This document shows positions 24,514-31,117 of a stretch of 32,000 bases of DNA, piece by piece. Under the pieces are notes generated by a model that saw only the letters and a list, made by a program, of their open reading frames with translations, made no database searches and was not told the origin of the DNA. Positions within the stretch are counted from its first letter, which is position 1. The number at the start of each line of letters is the position of its first letter. The DNA is from an uncultured Oscillibacter sp. (GTDB taxonomy: Bacteria; Bacillota; Clostridia; Oscillospirales; Oscillospiraceae): contig CAMXKT010000002.1 of assembly GCA_947244595.1 (NCBI GenBank), positions 47,520 to 79,519 of the forward strand, read 5' to 3'. The translations under genes and the position numbers were made by a program.

Positions 24514-26395
24514 TTTCCGTTTGGCGGAGGTCTTGCGGGGCCAGCTCCAGAACGCCGGCAAAAATGTGTCCAACTTGGACACATCCGACAGCCCGCAGCA
24601 GATCGAGTACATCGACATCGGCTTGCTGGACGGAGACCCCCGGAACCGGCGGGATCTGCGGGGGCTGGAGGAGCTGGCGGCGAACATTGAGCTTTTGGGC
24701 CTCCGTCAGCCCCTCCGGGTACGGGAGAACCCCGAATCTCCCGGCCGGTTTATCATCGTGTCCGGCCACCGGCGCCGGGCGGCGCTTCAAAGATTGGTAG
24801 ACGATGGACGGGTGGACTTCGCACGGGTCCCCTGCATCCGGGACGTCTCCGCCCAATCCAGCGCCCTGCAGGAACTGCGGCTGATCTTCGACAATCTGGA
24901 TACCCAGCCCTATTCCTCCGCGGAGAAGGCCAAAATTGCCGCCCGGGTGGAGGAGCTGCTGTACGTGCTGAAAGAGGAGGGCATGGAGTTCCCGGGCCGG
25001 ATGCGGGACCAGGTGGCGGCGGCGTGCAGGATTTCCGCCCCGAAGCTGGCACGGCTGAAGGTCATCCGGGAGAAATTGGTCCCACAATACATGGGCCTGT
25101 TTGAGAAGGGCACGCTGCCGGAGCAGACAGCCTACGCCCTGGCACGTCTGCCGGAGGTTTTCCAGAAGCGCCTGGCCAACGCCCTGTCGGAGGTCCCCAG
25201 CGGCAGCATTGCGGAGAAGGTGCTGAAAAAGTACAACGAGGGCTGGCGGTGGGAGCCGGCACTCCAGTGCCCGGACGGGAAGCCCTGCAAGCGGGGAGAC
25301 ACATTCCTCCGGCGGGACTGCGAGACACACTCCTGGGAATCCTTCTGTGGCGGGAATACCTGCTGTCTGAAATGTGAGAAGTCGAAGGCCGGCTATTCTC
25401 CCTGTGAGCGCATGTGCTCCAAGGCCAAGGCCCAGCGGAAGGTCAAAAAGGACGAGGAGGCGGAGGCCGCCCACAAGCGAAAGCAAAAGAATGGCCGGAC
25501 ATACCAGAAGGAGACGCAGATCTACGCCAAGCGGCTGCTCCCGGCCATTGACGCCGCCGGACTGCCGGAAGAAGAGAGTATCCACTGGCATTGGGACAAC
25601 TGTACGGTAGCCGATATTCGCCGGTGGGCCGCCGGAGAGTTTGACGATCCGGCTGGATGGGACTGGGCACGCCTGGAGCCGGGCAAATGCGGCGAAGAGG
25701 TGAAGGTGGCCATTCTGCTGGGCTGTACGACGGATTTCCTCATGGGCTTGGCGGACGATTTCCGCCCCCCGGCGGCCCCGGAGCCCCCCGCCCAGGAGGA
25801 GCCCGCCCAGAATGTGTCCAACTTGGACACATTTCCCGAGGAGGAACAGGGGGAGGGACTGGAGGACGAAGCGGAGGAGCCCGAGGAGGAAGCCGAAGAG
25901 CCCCCTGTCCGCCGGGTCCGGTGGGAGAGCCGGGGCCGCACGCCGCCGGAGGGCAAGCCGGTCCTCACCTATGCACTTAACAACGACGGTCCGGTATACC
26001 GTGCGGTGATGTGGAAGGACGGTCAATTCAAATTTCCCAACGGGAAAAAGTTTGCGACGGGCCTCCAGTACATCCAATGGCTGGAGATCCCGCTCCCCAG
26101 CTCCGGGGAGGAGTTCCAGCTGGAGCGGGCGGAAGGACAACTGGTACTCTCCGGCTGGATGCCCGGCGGGACGTTCCCCCGGCAGCCTTGTGAGGCGGTG
26201 GCGGATTTTCGGTCCGCCGGTGAGGCCGGCAGACCCGGCGCCCGCATCCGGCGTGCCTGCTGGTTTGACGGTGAGGCTTTCCTGTTCAAACGGCACGGCG
26301 CCAAGATCGATGCGGAGTGCGTCCGCTGGATGGCTCTGCCGCCGGTGGAAGACGATGTGTCCAAGTTGGACACAAATGGAGGAGAGCGCGTATGA
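24506..26395 (+). CDS. parB: ParB/Srx N-terminal-domain protein with a long atypical C-terminal extension (629 aa)
   Basis: ATG 24506 follows GGAGG and overlaps the parA stop. The ParB-type motif is LRQPLRVRENPESPGRFIIVSGHRRRAALQ. The rest comprises a central Cys-rich segment, an acidic/Pro linker, and about 180 aa of unknown C-terminal domain. Confidence 0.8.
   Translation: MGDFRLAEVLRGQLQNAGKNVSNLDTSDSPQQIEYIDIGLLDGDPRNRRDLRGLEELAANIELLGLRQPLRVRENPESPGRFIIVSGHRRRAALQRLVDDGRVDFARVPCIRDVSAQSSALQELRLIFDNLDTQPYSSAEKAKIAARVEELLYVLKEEGMEFPGRMRDQVAAACRISAPKLARLKVIREKLVPQYMGLFEKGTLPEQTAYALARLPEVFQKRLANALSEVPSGSIAEKVLKKYNEGWRWEPALQCPDGKPCKRGDTFLRRDCETHSWESFCGGNTCCLKCEKSKAGYSPCERMCSKAKAQRKVKKDEEAEAAHKRKQKNGRTYQKETQIYAKRLLPAIDAAGLPEEESIHWHWDNCTVADIRRWAAGEFDDPAGWDWARLEPGKCGEEVKVAILLGCTTDFLMGLADDFRPPAAPEPPAQEEPAQNVSNLDTFPEEEQGEGLEDEAEEPEEEAEEPPVRRVRWESRGRTPPEGKPVLTYALNNDGPVYRAVMWKDGQFKFPNGKKFATGLQYIQWLEIPLPSSGEEFQLERAEGQLVLSGWMPGGTFPRQPCEAVADFRSAGEAGRPGARIRRACWFDGEAFLFKRHGAKIDAECVRWMALPPVEDDVSKLDTNGGERV
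24564..24584. repeat. palindrome family copy 2 (21 nt)
   Basis: ATGTGTCCAA-C-TTGGACACAT, centre C at 24574. It lies inside parB-like codons 20-27. Confidence 0.9.
25811..25833. repeat. palindrome family copy 3 (23 nt)
   Basis: AATGTGTCCAA-C-TTGGACACATT, centre C at 25822. It lies inside the acidic/Pro linker of the parB-like gene. Confidence 0.9.
26356..26374. repeat. palindrome family copy 4 (19 nt)
   Basis: TGTGTCCAA-G-TTGGACACA, centre G at 26365. It ends 6 codons before the parB-like stop codon. Confidence 0.9.
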
Positions 26396-26574
26396 GGATA
26401 CTGAACACCGGAGACCCCTGCCCCTTCTGCGGCCAGCCCATTCGGACGACAGACCCCGCCGCGCTGCGGCTGCTGGCGGCCGTGGCGGACATTGCCGGGT
26501 TCCCGGACCCGAAAAAGGAGGCCCCTGACGATGGGAACGAGATTCACGGCCCCAGAGGGGGCGCTTCGGAGTAA
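26392..26574 (+). CDS. small hypothetical protein with a CPFCG motif (60 aa)
   Basis: It has an ATGA overlap with the parB-like stop and begins MRILNTGDPCPFCGQPIRTTDP. It overlaps the next candidate CDS by 44 nt, so one of the two starts may be wrong. Confidence 0.4.
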   Translation: MRILNTGDPCPFCGQPIRTTDPAALRLLAAVADIAGFPDPKKEAPDDGNEIHGPRGGASE

Positions 26575-27181
26575 CCTGGGCCTGCTGGCCGGGACGGTTA
26601 TCCGGGAACTGCGGATACACCCCTTTCTGGATAAAGAACTGGAAGGCGGTTCTTGGAATTTCCGCCCGGAGTGGCTGGAGTTCACCATTCTGTCTGTTGT
26701 AAGCGGCGGCTACCGCTGCCGGTACTCCGGGGAGGAGGAGCCCTTCGCCTGGTCCTCCTGGAGGAGTCAGCCGAATCACGGCTACATGGAGGACGACAGC
26801 ACGCCGGTCAGGTATTACGTCAAGGAGGCGCCTCTGCCCCCTCCCTACGAGGGCAAGCCGGGGTTCTCTCCCTACGAGCTGCGGTGTATGGAAATCGACG
26901 AGGCGGCGCTGCTGATCCGGGACCCGGACGCTTTCGCGGAAGCGGCGGCCGCCCCGGAGACGGGCAAGACCGACCCGTACGCTTTCCATGAAAGGCCCTC
27001 CAGAAAATTCACGGAGCGGGGCGGGTGCCCGTTTTATCAGGGACTCCTGAACTGGGGGTGTGGCTCCAGCGTCTTGTGCGAGGCGGTCCGGCCCCATCTC
27101 CATGGTCATGTGGGGATCAAGTTCTGTGAGGAGGGCCGGAAAGCCTACTGCCCGATCTGGCGGGCAAAGGGCGGGCAGTGA
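26531..27181 (+). CDS. hypothetical phage protein with a Cys/His-rich C-terminus
   Basis: ORF 26492-27181. The preferred start is ATG 26531, 8 nt after AGGAGG. I recognise no family. Confidence 0.55.
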   Translation: MGTRFTAPEGALRSNLGLLAGTVIRELRIHPFLDKELEGGSWNFRPEWLEFTILSVVSGGYRCRYSGEEEPFAWSSWRSQPNHGYMEDDSTPVRYYVKEAPLPPPYEGKPGFSPYELRCMEIDEAALLIRDPDAFAEAAAAPETGKTDPYAFHERPSRKFTERGGCPFYQGLLNWGCGSSVLCEAVRPHLHGHVGIKFCEEGRKAYCPIWRAKGGQ

Positions 27182-27205
27182 AATGTGTCCAAGTTGGACA
27201 CATTT
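27181..27205. repeat. palindrome family copy 5 (25 nt), terminator-like
   Basis: AAATGTGTCCAA-G-TTGGACACATTT, centre G at 27193. It starts at the last base of the upstream stop codon and has a T-run on its 3' side. Confidence 0.9.
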
Positions 27206-27236
27206 TCGGAGAGCGGTCATTTTGAGAGGAGAAGCC

Positions 27237-27578
27237 ATGACAAACGAAAGAGCGATTGACCTGTTGGAATCCTACGATTTCCCGGAAGGACACCCGGATT
27301 TGACTCGGGCGGCGTACATGGGGGCGGAGGCCCTGCGAGAGGAATTGGAAGAGAGTAAGCCCCTGACGCCGGAGGAGCTCCAGGAGATGGAAGAGGGCCC
27401 GGTATGGCTTGGCGGCGAGGGCTTGGAACGGTGGGATATTTTCTGCGGCGTTTCCACCGACGGCCTCGCCTGTTTCCTGCGGGCGGCGCTGCCCATGGAA
27501 GGCTGCGGCAAGTCCTGGGTCCCCTATCTCCGCAAGCCGGAGACTCCGGCGGATGGAAAAGAGGAGGAGAACACATGA
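27237..27578 (+). CDS. hypothetical phage protein
   Basis: ATG 27237 follows GGAGAAG, within ORF 27060-27578. The protein is 113 aa and acidic. Confidence 0.55.
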   Translation: MTNERAIDLLESYDFPEGHPDLTRAAYMGAEALREELEESKPLTPEELQEMEEGPVWLGGEGLERWDIFCGVSTDGLACFLRAALPMEGCGKSWVPYLRKPETPADGKEEENT

Positions 27579-27997
27579 CCAAGCTATACGACATTCGCAA
27601 CTGGCCCAAGCAGGGACTTGATGAAATGAAATATCCTTGCATTGGCACTGTAGATACCGCCCCCAAAATCGGGAGGCTGCTGGATGTTGCCGGTCAGCAG
27701 TTCAGAGTCGGCATCCTGAATCGCAAGGATGGGCATGCTGGCGTCCGTCCTCTCGCCGTCAAGCTGAACACTTCCCCGGAGCCGAGAGAATTTGAGTTGA
27801 ATATTATCTGCCCCTACTGCGGGAACACCGACCTGGCCTCCTTTGAGCGCAGCGATGAGGACACAACTGAGTGCGGGGAGTGCGGCGGAACTATCCACTA
27901 TCAGCGCATCGTCACTGTCGAGTATACAACCGAGCCCGTGAAGCCGCCCAAGCCGATCCGGGCGCATTGGATAAAAGATGCTGGGAACGCGGAATAA
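27575..27997 (+). CDS. hypothetical protein with a zinc-ribbon motif
   Basis: It has an ATGA overlap with the upstream stop. The protein is 140 aa with CPYCGN...CGECGG. Confidence 0.55.
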   Translation: MTKLYDIRNWPKQGLDEMKYPCIGTVDTAPKIGRLLDVAGQQFRVGILNRKDGHAGVRPLAVKLNTSPEPREFELNIICPYCGNTDLASFERSDEDTTECGECGGTIHYQRIVTVEYTTEPVKPPKPIRAHWIKDAGNAE

Positions 27998-28481
27998 GAT
28001 TCGGCTCCTCGTCTTTCCCCTTGCGATTTTCCTGTCCCTATTTCTCCGGCCTCTTCCGGCCCCCGCGGTGGAGCCGCCTCCCGGCCCCGCCGTCCAGATC
28101 ATCCCGGCCCCGGTGGAGCGGACAGCTCCGGAGCCAGAAGAGGACCCCTCGTTTCCGGCGGAGGTGCACGTGATCGAGAACTGCACCGTCACCTGGTACA
28201 CGGCGGACACCTGCGGCAAGGCCCCGGACCACCCGGCCTATGGCATCACCGCCAGCGGCCTCCCCGTAGAGGAAGGCGTCACCTGCGCCGTGGACCCGGA
28301 AGTCATCCCCCTGTTCTCGACGGTCTATGTGGAGTACGCCGACGGGAGCGCCGGGACCTTCCGGGCCACTGACACCGGAGTTAAGGGGAACTGGGTGGAC
28401 ATCTACACGCCGGATTATGACTACGCCGTCCGGTGCGGCCTGCAAAGCCTGACCGTGTATTGGACGGGCCCAGAGGAGTGA
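27978..28481 (+). CDS. secreted 3D-domain protein (double-psi beta-barrel, cell-wall hydrolase-associated fold)
   Basis: 167 aa. It has an N-terminal hydrophobic signal-like segment LLVFPLAIFLSLFL and a Pro-rich linker. The C-terminus VTWYTADTCGK...GITASG...AVDPEVIPLFSTVYV...FRATDTGVKGNWVDIY is typical of 3D domains. Confidence 0.75.
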   Translation: MLGTRNKIRLLVFPLAIFLSLFLRPLPAPAVEPPPGPAVQIIPAPVERTAPEPEEDPSFPAEVHVIENCTVTWYTADTCGKAPDHPAYGITASGLPVEEGVTCAVDPEVIPLFSTVYVEYADGSAGTFRATDTGVKGNWVDIYTPDYDYAVRCGLQSLTVYWTGPEE

Positions 28482-28486
28482 ACCCC

Positions 28487-29041
28487 ATGAGCTGTAAAGG
28501 CTGCGCCTACGCCGTCTACCTCTCCGGGGCGTGGTGCTGCGATTATCTCCAGATCGCTGGCCACCGCCGCCCCTGCCCGCCCGGGGAGGACTGTACCGTG
28601 CGCGAGGCGGCGAATCTGACGAAGAAAGGAAGCGCGTTTATGAAACGAAGGGAATGGGACACGGAGAAGGCCAAGGCCCTGTATGACCAAAAGCTGTCCG
28701 ACGCCGAAATTGCGGGGAGAGTCGGCGCTACGGCCTCGGCGGTGGCTAACTGGCGGCGGAGCCTGGGGCTTCCGGCAAACCCGGAACGGCATTCGCCTCC
28801 CCAGGAAGGGCCTGAACCGAAAGCGGCGCCTCCCCCGCCTGTCTCCCTGCCGTCCCGGCCCCTGGCGCTCCCGGCCATGAAGGGCCCCGTGGAGCTGTCG
28901 GTGGAACTGGACGGCCACGCCTTCGCCCTGCGGGCCCCGGACCTGGAGGGCGCGGCGCAGATCTACGAATACGCCGGGCGGCTGCTGGGGGACATGCGCC
29001 AGGCCGCCGCCAAGCTGAAGGAGGGAATTGACGATGGCTAA
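28487..29041 (+). CDS. hypothetical protein with an N-terminal Cys cluster and an HTH-like segment
   Basis: Start ATG 28487 within ORF 28433-29041. It begins MSCKGCAYAVYLSGAWCCDYL. The segment LSDAEIAGRVGATASAVANWRRSLGL resembles a sigma-70 region 4 or terminase-small-like HTH. Confidence 0.55.
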   Translation: MSCKGCAYAVYLSGAWCCDYLQIAGHRRPCPPGEDCTVREAANLTKKGSAFMKRREWDTEKAKALYDQKLSDAEIAGRVGATASAVANWRRSLGLPANPERHSPPQEGPEPKAAPPPPVSLPSRPLALPAMKGPVELSVELDGHAFALRAPDLEGAAQIYEYAGRLLGDMRQAAAKLKEGIDDG

Positions 29042-29201
29042 GAAGAAGGCGTCCCGGATGTGTTCCCGCTTCCACTGCGACAAGCGCGGGGATCGGTTCT
29101 GCTGCGCCGACTGCGTGGAGCGGAAGCGGGACCGCTGCCGGAACCCATGTCACAACGATCCCGCCCGCTGCGGCCTGGAAGATCGGAGGCCGAAGCCATG
29201 A
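29034..29201 (+). CDS. small Cys-rich protein (55 aa), below the ORF-track cutoff
   Basis: My translation is MAKKKASRMCSRFHCDKRGDRFCCADCVERKRDRCRNPCHNDPARCGLEDRRPKP. It overlaps its neighbours at both ends. Confidence 0.4.
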   Translation: MAKKKASRMCSRFHCDKRGDRFCCADCVERKRDRCRNPCHNDPARCGLEDRRPKP

Positions 29202-29494
29202 AGGGTAACAGACGGCCGCCGCCCCGCCGCCCGGCGAGTTACGCGGACCTGCTGAAGCTCAAGGCGGAGGCGAAGAACCAGGGGATTATGGAGGCGTTTA
29301 TCATTTTCTTCAGCGCCCTGCGGGACAAAGAGGGCTTCGGCCCCACCCGGCTGCGCCGGGTCCTGGACGCGATGAACGAGTACGCCGGCAGTATCCGAAA
29401 CGGGTATGTCACCATCCAGGACCTCCAGACCACGCTGAGGGAGGAGGCGGGGATCGAGCTGACTTTTAACAGTCTGGGAGGTGGGGACAAATGA
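29198..29494 (+). CDS. hypothetical phage protein (98 aa)
   Basis: It has ATGA overlaps at both ends. It is the in-frame part of ORF 29060-29494 starting at MKGNRRPPPRR. Confidence 0.5.
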   Translation: MKGNRRPPPRRPASYADLLKLKAEAKNQGIMEAFIIFFSALRDKEGFGPTRLRRVLDAMNEYAGSIRNGYVTIQDLQTTLREEAGIELTFNSLGGGDK

Positions 29495-30216
29495 GTGATC
29501 CATCGACCTGGTATTGCGTAAGACAGCGGGCGGGACCTTTCGTCAAAGCCTTTTCTACCGACAACTACCGCCTCGTCAAACGTCTGCGGGCCCGCAGTCC
29601 CAGTCATCCCGCCCTGAGCGGTACGCCGCTGGATCGGCTGGAACTGCGGCTGGCGCTCTTTGGATACGACGGCATTTTTTACACGCTCACGTTCTCGGAC
29701 GAAACCCTGCCCCGGGACTTGGATGGGGTGATGAGGGTATGGAACGCTTTCCTCATGCGGGTGAAACGCTGGCGGAAGGGCGTGCCGCTGGACTTTTACG
29801 TTTACCGCATCGAGGGCCTCCACGGCGATTCCCGCTATCATATCCATGCGTTCCTGCGGGACAAAGACCTTCCTCCAGCGGTGGTCCAATATCTCTGGAC
29901 GTGGGGCTTTGTGGATGATGAGCCGTTTGATGAAAAGCGGGTATTGGCAGAAAAGGGCTACCGATGCCTTGCCCGCTACTTCACCAAGGAGCGGCCCGAG
30001 GTTGGCCGCCACGCCTGGGGGGATGCCCGTAAGCTGAAATCTCTGCTCCCTCCTCCAGCAGTCCACGCCTCCAAGACGGGGCGGATATCCATCCCGCGGG
30101 ACGCAGTGCTGCTTCCCGTCAGGGACGATCTTAAAAAAACGGGTTGGGGTTACTACCAGTACGCCCGCTATCTGCTCCCCCAAAAACGGCGCTTTATATT
30201 TAATCAAGAGGATTAG
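29491..30216 (+). CDS. HUH-endonuclease-like rolling-circle Rep-type protein
   Basis: 241 aa. It carries, in canonical order, motif I-like FYTLTF, motif II RYHIHAF (H-u-H) and motif III-like YRCLARYFTKE (catalytic Tyr candidates). Confidence 0.6.
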   Translation: MSDPSTWYCVRQRAGPFVKAFSTDNYRLVKRLRARSPSHPALSGTPLDRLELRLALFGYDGIFYTLTFSDETLPRDLDGVMRVWNAFLMRVKRWRKGVPLDFYVYRIEGLHGDSRYHIHAFLRDKDLPPAVVQYLWTWGFVDDEPFDEKRVLAEKGYRCLARYFTKERPEVGRHAWGDARKLKSLLPPPAVHASKTGRISIPRDAVLLPVRDDLKKTGWGYYQYARYLLPQKRRFIFNQED

Positions 30217-30228
30217 GTATATCTTCTA

Positions 30229-30258
30229 TTGATAGTCTACGACTTGAAGGCTTATATT
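30229..30258 (+). promoter_or_regulatory. candidate promoter in the AT-rich gap before the KTR-like gene
   Basis: TTGATA (30229-30234), 18-nt spacer, TATATT (30253-30258). Confidence 0.4.
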
Positions 30259-30284
30259 TTTTTACGGACAAGGAGGCGAGCCCA

Positions 30285-30485
30285 TTGCAAAGAGCAGCGA
30301 AACCTGCTAAACTAGCTGTAAAGAACGGATGGATAATCTGTCCGGTATGCAAGCAGCGAACGCATCAGCATGTCGGCCCGAATGTCGAGGCCAAAGGTTT
30401 GGAGCTTTGGTGCCATCGCTGCAAGACCGTCCATGTCGTGAATATCGTTGGTGGCCAGTGCTTCTTGGTTAGCCCGTGCCGATAG
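30285..30485 (+). CDS. cysteine-rich KTR-like small protein
   Basis: 66 aa with a TTG start 8 nt after AGGAGG. The pattern NGWIICPVCKQRT...ELWCHRCKTVHVVNI resembles the Cys_rich_KTR family (from memory). Confidence 0.6.
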   Translation: MQRAAKPAKLAVKNGWIICPVCKQRTHQHVGPNVEAKGLELWCHRCKTVHVVNIVGGQCFLVSPCR

Positions 30486-30525
30486 TCCCCCTCTGCGGAG
30501 GTGGCTGTCGGGCGGGCTTTTTGTT
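30470..30525 (+). terminator. possible terminator after the KTR-like gene
   Basis: An imperfect long stem AGCCCGTGCCGATAG ... CTGTCGGGCGGGCT is followed by TTTTTGTTTT. Confidence 0.45.
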
Positions 30526-30545
30526 TTGCGTGGAGGTGACAGCCC

Positions 30546-30920
30546 ATGGCAATGAAACCGCTCCGGCCCTGTCTCCATCCCGGGTGCGGCGTGCTGGTCT
30601 CCGGCGGCTACTGCGCCGCCCATCAGCCGCAGCCGAAGGACCGGCGCAGCGCGGAGGCCCAGGCGTGGCGCTGGATGTACGGGACGGACGTGTGGAAGCG
30701 CCTGCGTGAGGACCAGCTTTTGCGGGAACCCTTCTGCCGGGAGTGCGCCCGGCGGGGCGTGCGCCGGTACGCCACCGACGTGGACCACATCCGGGACCAC
30801 AAGGGGGACTGGGCCCTGTTCACGGACCCCGGGAACCTGGAGAGCCTTTGTCATTCCTGCCACAGCCGCAAAACGGCCCGGGATTTGTGGCAAAACCGAA
30901 GGGAAAAACGGCGCCGCTGA
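30546..30920 (+). CDS. phage HNH endonuclease
   Basis: 124 aa. The motifs CRECARRG...DVDHIRDHKGD...NLESLCHSCHSRKT fit an HNH endonuclease. The SD GGAGGTG lies upstream, and the gene sits just before the terminase. Confidence 0.85.
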   Translation: MAMKPLRPCLHPGCGVLVSGGYCAAHQPQPKDRRSAEAQAWRWMYGTDVWKRLREDQLLREPFCRECARRGVRRYATDVDHIRDHKGDWALFTDPGNLESLCHSCHSRKTARDLWQNRREKRRR

Positions 30921-31117
30921 GGGTAAACCCCAGCCCAGCTTTGGGCGCGTGGGCGTCCCGCGTGCCTGTGCGCCGGGATTCCCTGCACCCCTCCCCCCGG
31001 TCAAGAAAGTTTTGGCCGGGCGGCGCAATACCGCAAGCGGCCCTCCGCGTGGGATTTTTCCCCCACGGCGGAATCCGGGGACGACCAAAGCCGCCTGAGC
31101 GGCGGAAAGGACAGCGA

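Noticed and set aside
17265-27205. Whether the repeated palindromes could be a CRISPR array or a REP/MITE-type element.
   Set aside because: Spacing is irregular (543 to about 7,300 bp). Three copies are inside a coding sequence. The repeats are perfect palindromes without spacer-like regularity or flanking TIR/TSD structure, and no cas genes are present. A genome-wide REP-like distribution cannot be excluded from this window and is listed as the refutation test.
24263-27238. A 991-aa uninterrupted ORF on the minus strand, the longest ORF in the window.
   Set aside because: It is antisense to the well-supported parA/parB-like and downstream genes. The product is low-complexity (R/G/P/L-rich) with no recognisable domain or RBS. 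Its repeated CVQ(L/V)GHI motif is simply the reverse-frame reading of the palindrome copies. This is a typical shadow ORF of high-GC coding DNA.
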